Made by a program: the position numbers and the translations under genes. This document shows positions 39,555 through 52,419 of a stretch of 64,000 nt of DNA, piece after piece. Numbering within the stretch: the first letter of the stretch is position 1; each line of letters starts with the position of its first letter. Source of the stretch: Octopus sinensis. Lineage: Eukaryota. Location of the stretch: assembly GCF_006345805.1 (NCBI RefSeq), contig NC_043008.1:27528001-27592000 (forward strand), given 5' to 3'. The notes beneath the pieces were generated by a model. The model ran no database searches. It had not been told where the DNA came from and saw only the letters and a list, made by a program, of their open reading frames with translations.

Positions 39555-40179
39555 TTTATACACCCACACGCGCGTAAAGATAGAAATGTACATCGATAAA
39601 GAAATCAGCCGCATCAGTTGTGAAATGTTTTCGAAATCAACTATATATTATTGCTACTATATCTCTCCTACCTCTCTTTCTCTGTCTCAGTATAAACACA
39701 CACACGCACACCGTGCGCTCACACACACACATACACACAACACGCACACAAGCATAATATTAGTTAACAAACACAATGTTTTCATGTGCTACCATTAGTC
39801 CCATGCAGTGGCGTCACGCCAGAAACTTTTTCTGACACGTCTTGTGTCTTAGAGCAATCATCAAGCACTGCCCATATGGCGTAAGATACTAACGATAGGA
39901 CGACACGATGAGAGATAAAGTGGGGGAAAAAGAAGTAGATATAAAACATGGAAGGGTGAAACACTAGAATGTATTTACATCTACTTATTTTTCACCTTTT
40001 CTTGCTTTCTCCCTCATCCTATCATCGTCTTTTGAATTTGTTATGACAGGTGAGTAGTGTCTCAACATTGAGCTGGGACACCCAACGTGTTAAAAGTACT
40101 GTCTTGCATACTCGCATCACATGGAGATAGTAGTAGCACATAAAATGATATATTGTGTCTATTAAGTAATATTTATCTC

Positions 40180-40286
40180 TCACAAGATGGAGTACTTTAC
40201 GTCGATCTTACCATCTGGAACAGTACAATATATGTATATATGTATGCATGAATGTCTGTATGCATGTATGTATGTATGTATGTATG

Positions 40287-40317
<31 letters not shown>

Positions 40318-40909
40318 ATATAAGTGGCATAAGGACTTGCTGAAGGCTTCCTTAAGATATGTTTGCATCTCTCCTGGCACATGGGAAGGCATAGCTATTG
40401 ATCGTAGAAGGTGGAGAAGGATTGTGCACGAGGGGACAGCCACTTTTGAGAAATCTCGAGTTTGCACATGAGAAAGTAAGGAGAGATGTCAGGAAGGGCA
40501 TCGCTGTTAAACTTCCAGATTGGAAGGGTCTTCCTATGATGCTGACATGCAGTGTCTGTGCAAGAACCTGCCTCAATAAAGCTGGACTCAAGAGTCATCT
40601 TCGTAGTCATAAAGCAAGACAGATGATTGACAACCTGGCCACTGGTGGTGGTGTAACACACCATACTAATCATATCTGTCGGACATGTGGAAGAGAGTGT
40701 AATTCGGCAGGAGGACTTAAACGACATACTAAGGTACATGAAGCCCAGTTACAAATACAGCCAGCTATTACCGGTAAAGGTTTTAGTTGCCAATTCTGTT
40801 CAAGACATTGTAGATCTTTAGATGGGCTAAAAGTCATATTCGATCACAGCACCAGTAACAGTTAAGCTTCGTGCAATGGCCATACTCGATAACGAGGTGG
40901 GACGCAACC

Positions 40910-40910
<1 letters not shown>
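40180..40910 (+). mobile_element. RTE-clade LINE 3' end with three C2H2 zinc fingers
   Basis: [36 protein letters not shown] (RTE), then CSVC..GLKSHLRSH, CRTC..GLKRHTKVH and CQFC..GLK; interrupted by (TATG)n at 40225-40320. Confidence 0.85.
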
Positions 40911-40944
<34 letters not shown>

Positions 40945-40947
40945 TTC

Positions 40948-41004
<57 letters not shown>

Positions 41005-41374
41005 ATGCATTTTTGAAAAAGAAGCAGCCGTAATGTAATGAAGTTTATCAATCGAATATTTATAACGAGCACAACGCGCGTAATTGCCTGTAGGCTGCGA
41101 CGTGGCATGGTGATGAACACTCTCTAATCGCGGTGTCTGTTAAAACACTTAAAAGTCATGAACAAGCGGGATAACACACCTCTAATCGTAACGTGGAATA
41201 GATGAAACAAAGACAACGGAAGAAGGGGAATATTCCTTGTGCTGTATTGTCTTGTACTCTGTTTTTTTCGTTGTTGAAAAAAGTTCGTTTCTATGTTTTT
41301 GTCTTTATGTTTCTGCGTCTCATTGTGTTCCACGATTTTTTTGATATCTTGTACCCATATAGGCATGTATATAT

Positions 41375-41405
41375 ACGTATATATGTAGGTATGTACATAT
41401 ATGTA

Positions 41406-41454
<49 letters not shown>

Positions 41455-41484
41455 AATATATATATATATATTTATATATATATA

Positions 41485-41563
<79 letters not shown>

Positions 41564-41595
41564 CATATATATATATATATATTCATATACACACA
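41375..41595. repeat. Long (TA)n microsatellite
   Basis: Directly visible. Confidence 0.97.
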
Positions 41596-42480
41596 TAGAG
41601 AAGAGATAAGGGTGTTCGAATATTGCTAGTTAGACGCATTAAAAGATTTACTTGCAAATTACAAATTTTGGCACGTGTTCATTATTTTCATAAAGAATGT
41701 GAGGTTATATTCTATGTTTATCAAATTTTCATCATATTTACATTGTTGAAATTCAACCAAATATTAAATCCGACTTATTTTACAGGTATACAAATTTCGG
41801 AAGAATACTTCATGCCAAAGAGGAAATGAAGATAATAAGAGATGAAAATAATTACGCGACACAATGCATAAATTGACTTCAAATTCCACATTGACTACAT
41901 TTGCATTGTATGCAAAACGTGACAACTTTTTGAAGGAATGCCATCAATTGAAGGAAATAAATAAAACTACAACTTACACACCTAGTTAAATGTTGAAGTA
42001 AAGTATTCTTGAGATCAGTGTGTGATGATGTAGGATAATAGTTATAGAAACAATGGCATTAATTGAAAGCTATGAAAAAAATGTCATTTAGATAGTTGTC
42101 CATACCTTCCACTTAACAAAATGTATAACAAACAAAGTGAAGAAAATGCTTACTGCAAGGATGTAGATTAATTGATTTTCTTAAGTTCATGTGCTTTTGT
42201 TCAGTGACTGCTGCGTGACCAATTTATAGCAAATAAAGTTTGAAAAGAACTGAGCAATAGCTGCAGATATTTGAGAGAATAGTCGATAAGGAGAAGATAA
42301 TATCTTTGGCGTTAAAAAAACAATTCGATTAGCGTAGGATTTCAAAATTGAATTAGACGACAGATATAGGTAAAACAAAATAAGTACACAGTAGTATAAT
42401 ACGTAATTTTATATACATTTCCATATACTTACGTATACGAACACACACGCGCGCACGCACTCACGCACACACACACACAC

Positions 42481-42521
<41 letters not shown>

Positions 42522-42561
42522 ATCACACACACATATATAAATATATACACATACATATATA

Positions 42562-43607
42562 TTGTGTAATCCCATAAATAATGAGGTTTTTGTATAGTTA
42601 TATTATTTTTGAAAATTAAGATAATAAAATCCATTTTTAATCTAAAATATACTCTCCTACATTTTCTAAAATACGCTTCCATCTCTCAGGTAGACTTGCA
42701 ATGCCCCTCTTCCTACATTCACTTGTCCATGAAGAAAAACACTCCTCCAATTCTGTTCTGACCTAGTCTACAGAATTCATATTTGCTCTGTCCAAATGAT
42801 TCTGAAGACTGCGGAATGAAAGATAATCAGATGGGGCAATGTCCAACGAATATAGTGGAGGCGGCATCGTTCCACATTCAAGTTGCTCCAGCCTTTAGAA
42901 TGTCATTCTCATTGTATGTGACTGAGCAGTATCCTCATGGAAGAAAGCATTCATCTTGAAACCAATCAATGATCGTTTTTCCTCTAACGTTGAGTTAAAC
43001 CGCTCAAGCTTCTCGCATTAGATCCCCTTTGCAATCGTTAGGTTTGGGTTAAAAAGTTCAAATAGGAGTAAACCTTTCATATCCCGCACCAAACACCTTA
43101 CGTGGGTGAAGACCTTCTTTAGCCTGAGTTTCTACTTAGTTTCGGCGCTTTACATTTTTATAGAGAACACATTTCTCGTCACTTGTCACTAATCGGTCCA
43201 AAAAATCTTCATTCGTGAGCACACATTCTCTCTTGGCGCCTCATTAGGTACCAAAAGTTTGTGAAGAACTATTGACTCAATTCTCTGACTTTTCCAATGA
43301 CACGCAGGTGTTGATGAATGGTTGAACGACCAGACCCAAGCTTCTCTACTAGTCCCTCAACACTTCCGATGGAGTTTTGTTCCACAAGGTGTGTAGGACG
43401 TCCATGACGAGCTCTACAGGTCTTCTAGGCTGAATTTATGGAACCGCCGTTGATACTAGCCTTTTTTTAAAATGCACTAAGCATAATTGCAAGGTAAAAT
43501 TGCTTCCTGCTTTTAGAACAAGTTTATGCAGGTAGTTTATCTCGTCCCAAACCAACTTTCACTTCATGTAATTGAAAAAAAATCCCATTATTTATGGGAT
43601 GACCCAA
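42562..43607 (-). mobile_element. mariner (DD34D) transposon, internally deleted, with TIRs and TA target duplication
   Basis: TIRs ttgtgtaatcccataaataatgag / cccattatttatgggatgacccaa flanked by TA; remnants VTSDEK, VWCG..KG..FELLNPN and HEDTARPH..SDYL.FRSLQNHL. Confidence 0.88.
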
Positions 43608-43637
43608 TATATGATATGTATTACATATAATATGTAT

Positions 43638-43857
43638 ATTTACTTGTTTCAATCATTCGACTGTGGCCATGCTGGAGCACCACCTTTAGTCGAACAAATC
43701 GACCCCAGGACTAATTCTTTGTAAGCCTAGTACTTATTCTATCAGTCCCTTTTTCCGAACCGCTAAGTTGCTGGGACATAAACACACTAATATCGGTTGT
43801 GAAGCGATGGTGGGTGACAAACTCAGGCCTACAAACACATATATACATATATATATA

Positions 43858-43901
<44 letters not shown>

Positions 43902-44052
43902 CGACGGGCTTTTTTCAGTTTCTGTCTCGCAAATCCACTCACAAGGCTTTGGTAGGCTATAGTAAAAGACACTTGCTTAAGTTGTCACGCAGTACGACTG
44001 AACGTGGTGCCATGTGATTGGGAAGCAAGCTTCTTATCACATAGCCACACCT
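43638..44052 (-). mobile_element. Full-length tRNA-derived SINE with internal (TA)n expansion
   Basis: Same family as 8487-8772 and 36691-36854. Confidence 0.88.
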
Positions 44053-44059
44053 GTATATG

Positions 44060-44097
<38 letters not shown>

Positions 44098-46479
44098 GGT
44101 GCGTGTGTGTGTGTGTGTGTGTGAGTGTGTATATGTATTATGTATATAGGTATGTATGTATGCATGCATATTCATGTGATTTATTATTTGCATGAAATAA
44201 TATTTCAAATACTCTGTGAAATGTGCTACCACATGCAGGAGACGTACAGCTAAAACATGAGGCATACCAAATATTGGTCTTCCACATATAATTACAAAAT
44301 GGTATAGCATTTCATTTTAATTATATCCTTTCTTAATATTTGAATTATCATTATATACCGAGCAGAGAAAACAGTTTTCTCAATGTTGTACTTTCTATTA
44401 TCCATTTGGTTTTATTTCATTCCTGTATACGTATGAAAGTATCTACAACGTAAGTAATGTGTTGTTACTCGAAGACACTTTCTCCGCTTTTAGTTGCTTC
44501 GATGAAAGCCCAAGTAGTCCATGCACTTACCGTTCGTAATATTTCTTTTCATATCAGTTACAAATTTAGAACATTTAAAAGGAATTACCTAAAAAAACTT
44601 CTTGCCGAGTCAAAGCAAACTTCTTAAGCTTAATTGAATATTAAAATAGTGTATTGTGATAACTTCACACCTTTTCCAGTGTAAACTATAGTTTGAGTAA
44701 TCTCGGGTATAGGTAGCTACATCAGATCCAAATAGAAATAATTGCTATTCTAAAAGTGATTCTGTATTAAATGCATAACAGCGGAACTACAGTATTTATC
44801 TTGTAAACTCTACAGTTTCGCTCTTCACCAAAAATGAATGGTACATCAGACGTAGAGTTATATACAATCGTTAATGGAAAATACAAATTCTCTCTGGAAT
44901 CTGAACCAAATATCTTGCAATATATTCTTTATTGAATTGGTGAACAAAACAGGAATTTCCACATCTCAACATAATAAAGTACTCGCTTTTCCTTAGACAG
45001 GCATCCACGATGTCTGACAATAACTTTCCGAGATGAACCTCAACCTTCTATTAAAAAAATTATTTGCGAGAGCTATATTTAAGGTATATTCAATGGAATA
45101 TGTCTTATATTAAGTTTTAAACTAATTTCGGGTTCGTGGAGGATTATTAAAACTACGAATGCAGATACTCCTATTCACTGACATTAGATGATAAAAATCA
45201 CAGGTTATTTATAAGTGATACACGATAAATGGCCTATGTGCTGAAAATGTATACTTTCTTATGAAAAAGTTCGAATGATTTGTAAGCTAAGATTTCAAAA
45301 GAGATTCACGCCCATTTAAAAATATAAAATATTTAGCAACTGTTCAATTCTATACTCATAGGAGGATAACATGGTCGAGAAGTATGTTAAATAACACACT
45401 AATTTCAGAGTGATTTACGTACAAAATGTGATTGTAATACTCAATCTTGTTTCACATTTCCCATCTCGTTTGGATATTTCCTAACATGTTAATATAGTTA
45501 ACTTATCTGCGTTTATTTTATTTTAATATTCTTTTAAATGTTACTTTTATTTTGCTGTTATTCGTAGTATAATTTTAATAATCCTATTTTTTTTTTTGTT
45601 TTAGATTAAGAAAATATAGTTTACAAAGTTTAAAAGTAAAAGTAAACATAGACCGAGTTAAGCTACTTGAAATAGTAAAATGTAAAATAACAAATATCTA
45701 GCTAGAATTTATTCAAACAATGTAAATTTTCAAACAACAATGTTGCACCTGATTTTGTCCGGGTGTTGGTTTGATTTGATGCATTGAACAGAAAATTAAA
45801 TTAAATATCGGCAAAATAATTAAGACATATTAAATTTATTTCAATAGTATTATTCGTAAGCTGGTTATTTTGTCACTGGAATTTACATAGGAAATGTTAT
45901 CAATAATTAAATACATACATCTGATCAGTAATGTTTTTACATACAGAATTAAACTAGTTAACACGTGCTTATCCAATACATCCAAGTCACATTACAGTGC
46001 CAGTTTGATCATTATTTCGCTTAATTTCTTCAAGACAATCTTCTTAATTTTTCGTCTCCTTTCTCGGCATTAACATCTCTGTTACAGAGAAATCTTGTGC
46101 AGAAAACAATCACAAACTGACTATTAAACTCGAGTACCTGAGTATATGTATCAATTTGTCTTCATATATAATCGTAAGTTTCTAACAACAATTCTTACTT
46201 AAAAATCATCTCAATACATGTAAGTAAGTTATTTCGTAAATTCAGTTGTGTTATGTCGGCATTGATGTTACATTATTAAATACTATCATATTGTTAAAGA
46301 TTGTGTTGATCTAATTCAGATGCTTGCAAGCTATTTGTTGTTTCACCATAATATACCACACAAAATCAATCTGATTGCGCAACTGCACCATAATTTGTTT
46401 ACTGAATCCTTCAAACTCGAATGGAAATATTGCGGTGCTATCAAATCACGAGTTTATGCAAGCTTTCGCAGTTAAGTCC

Positions 46480-47960
46480 GGAAGCTAGGATCTCTATCAA
46501 TTAGGCTGACAGTGGAATGTTCAAAAATATTTGGTATAACAAGTAACGTTTGACTATTTCTGGTGAGCAACATGGGTGATTGGAGATTACCGCATGTAAA
46601 CACACATTGGATGTTTTGATCATCAAGAGAGGAATATTCCACTGGGCAGTCTTTCAACTTTGCTGTTTATATGTGCATGGTTACAGTTTCATTAGTATTG
46701 AGAAAAGCAAAGTTTGAAAGTGGGGAGGACGTAAGTTTACGATAAATCGCCTGCTGTTGGATGACAAAAACTCTTTTGGAAATCTATGAGCAGACTGATT
46801 CACTATTTAGAGCAGCGTTATAAGAACGGGTGTAGATACCTAGGCATCCTAGAAAGAGAGCAAATGAAAGAGCTGTTATCAAAGGAATGTAAATAAAATA
46901 AGGGTTAAAGACTAATTTAAGTGGTAGGAATAAGATAATGACTGTCAACACATGCACTGGTGAGATAAAGTGGAGAAGTGATAAACTTAAGGTGCTCGAT
47001 AGAAAGACCAGGAAAATGACAATACTACGAGGGACCCTATAGTCCCAAAATCATGCGGACTGGTTGCATCTTCTGCGACAGAATGAAGGAGAGGTCTCAT
47101 TAGCTGTATGTGAAGTCCGAGAAAAATATTCTGCCATGGTATGTAAAGAAATCAAAGGAGAGACTGAGTGTAGGAGTAAGAAAATTATAAGTCCTAAGGC
47201 GCGTTAAAGCAAAAGAGGAAGGAGAATTTACACAAGACAGACTGAATGACACCATAGATGGAGAGACAAATATGTATGGTCAATTCGTGCGGGAAATGCC
47301 TGAAACAGTTGATAGATATTAGATCTGTGAATGGACTACGAATAGCAACATGAAAGTTGAAAATAAATATCAGGCACAGTGTACGAACAACATGAAGTTC
47401 AATATTGCCAAGTCAGTGAGTTTCCCACTTTTAGATTGTGTGATGAAAAAGTGAAACAATAGATTGCATTATCAGTGAAAGAGTACACGAGAAGGCACGA
47501 CGACTTTGTCAAAATGTTCACTTTTAGCTCTGACATAAGTATGATATGAGCAGAAGTAAGACATGTTATGAGCCTCTATCGGAAACAGTTTTTAAAACGA
47601 ACAGTATAAGACCTTGAGGGGCATGATCATCGAATGTGACAATTTTATTTTGGCTAGAAAACATGACATTTCTGTCGTAGAAAAGAAGAGCAATGCAATT
47701 ATTGTAGATATTTTGAAATTACCTCACCTTGGAAACACAGGGTAAATGAGAAGGAAGGCGAGAAGTTTGAGAAATATCGGGAGCTGAAGAGGAAAAAGAG
47801 GAAACTATGGAAAATCCAACTCATAGAAATGGTAGCGATTGAGGTTGGCTCATTGGGAACCGTTTGTAAAATGTTGGACGCATTGCTTGATAAGCCTGGA
47901 ATTAAGATCAGAGCTGGATGTTGCGGAAACGATTCTAAGGAAGGTGTTGGAATGATCTAA
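46480..47960 (+). mobile_element. Old, heavily degenerate R4/Dong-like LINE
   Basis: IKRGIFH..SFNFA, SLVLRKAK, GRNKIMTVNT, LKVLDRKTRK, MYGQFVREMPE and an RLE-type C-terminal remnant (EKFEKYRELKR..GSLGTV). Confidence 0.75.
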
Positions 47961-48109
47961 AGGACCGTCGGCCATTGGATATGATACATTCTTTTGGTAT
48001 AGTGTCTGCATAACATCTGCCAGAGCAAAAGGTTCACGGTTTAATTATAATAGCACAATATTTGAAGCGTGTTAATTATAATTATAAAAAGTTAATTATT
48101 GTGATAAAA

Positions 48110-48316
48110 ACAGTAATGGTGATGATGATAATGCGGAGGAGGAGGAGGCGGGGTGAAGAAGAATAAAGAGACCAAGAAAAGAATGGAAGGAGGAGAAGGA
48201 GGTGATGAAGAAGGTGGGTGAGAAAAGGAAGAGGAAAAAAAGAAGAAAAGAAGAAGAAAAGAAGAAGAAAAGAAGAAGAAGAAGAAGAAGAAGAAGAAGA
48301 AGAAGAAGAAGAAGAA
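48110..48316. repeat. (GAT)/(GAG)/(GAA)n compound microsatellite
   Basis: Directly visible. Confidence 0.95.
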
Positions 48317-48747
48317 TGTGACAGCACATCCTTGATGCTAGTCTAAAGAGGTGCCTGTCTCATGTCTAAAACTGCAGATATTACATACATTTTTACGTTG
48401 AGTGTTTCCGTAAACTGATGTTGCAAGTAAAACAGGTACAGGGATAAATAATTAAAGATGTGTTCAAACATTTTTCTTTGTGTTATTATTTTGATGTAAG
48501 CGGTGAACGTTATCTGTAGGCACACAACAAGGGACATTCCCATGAGAAGGTTGGGATACTACACGTTAAAGTCTCCTACCTAAATTTTAATTTTAACTAC
48601 AACTTTTACACACACACGCACATATATATATATATATATATAAATCTGATTTTTTCCCTGTAAATTTGGATTTATTCCCTAATATTTATTATTTATATAA
48701 TATTGATAATTTTGTATATTGTGTGTAATACCTCAATTTCGTAAATT

Positions 48748-51264
48748 ATGGATTTTACAGGTAAGATAGAACCGCTGTTTTGGGATTCATATTTGAAAGA
48801 TATTCCTATTCCTTCTAGAAAGGAATTTATTTTGAAACTTGTTAATAACGTTAAAGATTTTATTTCTAGAATTAAATGGAAAGCTTTTTACTATAATTTT
48901 TATTTATTTAATGATATTGATAGTAGGAATGATAATTTTACCTCTAAATTTAAATCTAGAAAGGAACCTCCATTTAATAAAGAATTACAATTACTTGAAG
49001 ATAGTATATGGAAGGTGGTAAAAAATATTGAATTCCATAAATACCCAAATAGAATAATGAATATTTAAGGAATTTAGCAATTAAAATTAAAGATATGAGA
49101 AATATGGATGGTATTATAGTACAATCTGATAAAACAAGGAACTTATATAAATTAGATGTTAAATTATATGATAAACTATTAGGGAAAGAAATAATTAAAA
49201 ATATAAAATTGTTCCAGATGATATTCTTTATAATATTAATAAGGCCTCTAAAGTAGTAATGTTAAAATATGAGTTGGATAATAAAACTGAACCTTATGTA
49301 CCTTTGCACCCCAGAATTACTCTTAAAGACCATAAAGATAATTTTTATTCAGACCCTAAAGTTAGATTAATTTGCCCATGTAAATCGGATCTAGGTAAAT
49401 TAAGTAAATTTATTTTAGATAAATATATTGATAAGTTAAATAAACTTAATTATTTAAAATTATGGTTTAGTAATAATAATACATTGAAATGGTTTAATAA
49501 TATTAAAGATAAAAATCGTTATAAATTTATTCAAATAGATATAGATAATTATTATTCTTCTATTAATGAAATTGTGTTTAATAAAGCGCTTATTTTCGCA
49601 ATGAATAAAGCGGGTATGTCACGGGAAGAAGTTAATGTAATTAAAATGGCTAGGAAATCGCTAATTAAATATAAAAATAAATTATGGGCTAGGAATGATA
49701 CTAGAGATTGTTTTGATATACCTATGGGAGCACCAGATTCTGCACAGGCTACTGATTTAGTAGGTATTTTTCTTTTATCTGAACTCCAATTAGAAAATCT
49801 TAAGATAGAGGGTGGTTTATATAGAGACGATCTTCTACTAGTTACAAAAAATTGTACTAATAGGAATCTAGAAGTATATAAGAAAAAACTATATAGTTTC
49901 TTTAAAAGATATGGTTTAAGTATTACTATATATAAGGAGAATTATAATGTTAATTATTTAGATGTTAATTTTAATCTTATTACAGGTAAAACACAACCAT
50001 ATCATAAACTTAATGAGAACCTTAGATATATAAATGTTAATAGTAATCACCCATTTTCTATTAAAAAATCGTTGATTAATAATATAAGTAAACGTATTTC
50101 ATTACTCTCTTATGATATAGAGATTTTTAATAAACATGCTAATTATTATAATGAGGCCCTTAGAGGGGCAGGTTATAATAGGAATATTAAATTTTATAAT
50201 ATTAGTGATAAAGATTTAATTGTTAATTTTCGAGATACTTCTAATAATAATTATAATTTTGTTAGGTTTAGTGGTAAAAATAATAGATATTTAAAAAAAA
50301 TAATAAAAATGATAAAAATATAAATAAGAATAATAATAATAATAATAAATATAATAATAATAATAATATAAATAAGAATAATATAAATAAAAATAAATTT
50401 AATAATTATTATAATAATTATATTGATAAATTTAATAATATTAATAATTCCTTAAATGCTGTACATAGATATAATTATGATAATAATTTTAATAAAATAA
50501 AGAATAATAAATATATTTATAATAATGATAATAATAATAAGGTTAATAAGAATAAAATTTGGTTAATAGTTCCTTATGGAGATCAAGTAAAAACGAATAT
50601 TATTAAAGAGATTTTAGATGTTATAGAACTATTTATTAGAGATAATCGTAAATATAGAAACATTTTCTCTTTTAATAATTTTGGAGTTGGTTACTCTACC
50701 ACTAATAATGTTGGTAACATTATTTCTTCATTTAATAAATATAAACTGAATAATTTTTATAAAAAGAAATTATTTGATAATAATATTAATAATGATAAGA
50801 CTTATATTAATTGTACATGTAGAGATAAATCTAATTGTATATTAAATAATAATTGTGATATTAACGATGTAGTGTATAAATGTATAGTTACATTACATGA
50901 TAATAACTTTAAGAATAATAATTACAAAAAAGCGGTTTATATAGGTTCTACTTCCTCAAAAATAAAACTAAGAATCGCACAACATATGAATTCTTTTAAA
51001 AATAAAAACTTAATCAACTCAACCGGACTTAGTAAGTACATTTGGAGTCTTAAATCACTAAATATTAATTATAGTTTAATTTGGGAAATAATTTGTAAAA
51101 CTAAATCATATACTATAGGAGCTAATTGTTGTTATTTATGCTCTAATGAGTTTAAAGAAATTTTATTTTATAAGTATGATAATTTACTTAATACTGGCGA
51201 GGAGCGCAAAATAAAATGCAGACATAAGTTACTTTACCTATATAATAAGTTTCATGATAAATAG
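48748..51264 (+). CDS. PLE reverse transcriptase + C-terminal GIY-YIG endonuclease (~839 aa after restoring three single A's)
   Basis: LKDIPIPS, LKDHKDNF..VRLICPCKSDLG, QIDIDNYYSSI, IPMGAPDS, LYRDDLL, NYLDV, CxCx5Cx5C linker (CTCRDKSNCILNNNC), VVYKC..VYIGST..RIAQH, CYLC..E and CRH. Frames join with +A at ~49053, ~49200 and ~50300. Confidence 0.9.
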
Positions 51265-52020
51265 CAATAATAGTTCCCTTTTAAGTTACTTTAGTTTAGT
51301 TTAAATTAGTTTAGATAATATATTTTTGGTTATGTTGTCTAGGCTTTAATTATAGTTAGTCTTTATTTATATTTCTTTGTTTTAATTAGTTCATTTTTAA
51401 TGTATATATTTTGGAGGATATATTTATATGTTTATGGGTGTTATTTAGTGGTGTTTTTATTGAGTTTTGTATGTATGTGTGAATGTTTAAGATCCCTTTG
51501 TTTTTTGTTTTTTATTTGGTATGTTGAATTGAAAGATTTTATTGGGTATTGTCTGTTATAATAAAGTACACACACCCATAACAAATATAGGTACCCACTT
51601 CATTCGATGTACCTGGAATTGCATGTGAGCCTCGGCATATACACCTAACGGCCACTCCCGCCCCACATGGATAAATAAACACATACATCCCCAAAAATGG
51701 GCGTAATCCCATTCACACCAATTATATGTATACAATTATACACACTAGAATAATACATAACTAACCCAAATATACAGAACATACTAAAAATCACCAACTA
51801 ACCACTATCACAAATGAAACCCACACCCATACAATGACAAAATTCCCCCCTCCATACCCAATTTACACCCACATAGTAATCCCAATATATTCATCCATAT
51901 ATGGACGCAAGTGCGTGAAGCACATGCACACAATTAATAAGTACAACCCCCTAATACACACTTATATAAATTTGTATTAAGCTCGACATCCACAGTGATA
52001 AGATTACACCCACTCACACC

Positions 52021-52096
52021 CAGATGGGTGAATTGCACAACCAGGGAACGCACACATACACGTGTGTGTTTTTTGATTGTGCAATTCGCCCATATG
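52021..52096 (+). ncRNA. 35-bp hairpin, pre-miRNA-sized
   Basis: 33 of 35 positions pair (5 of them G-U), 6-nt loop; the wobble pairs work only on the + strand. Confidence 0.6.
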
Positions 52097-52419
52097 CATG
52101 TATGCGGGCGCGATAACATTGTTGCATATATCGAGCCTAAATAGCATGCATATGTACATGTGAGGGGTACACGCAAATGACGTGCGCGTGTACCCCCTGC
52201 ATTTATACCCGTGCGTAATATACACATGGAGACTACCACACAGGTACAAATGTGTATAGTAATGGGAGCCCCATCACTACACTCAATGTATACTCTCACC
52301 CATCCGCACGGATGTGTAAGTGTATCTCCGGTGTATATGTTGAGGCTTATATATATGTAGCGTTGTGGAGGTGAATGTCGTTGAAATTGTGAATTAATGG
52401 GTGGAATTGGGAATTGTAG

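Noticed and set aside
44800-44860. Minus-strand CUGAUGU-acca..tggt...GAAAC-t-GUA
   Set aside because: A9 is missing, spacing to GAAAC is wrong and stem I is out of register.
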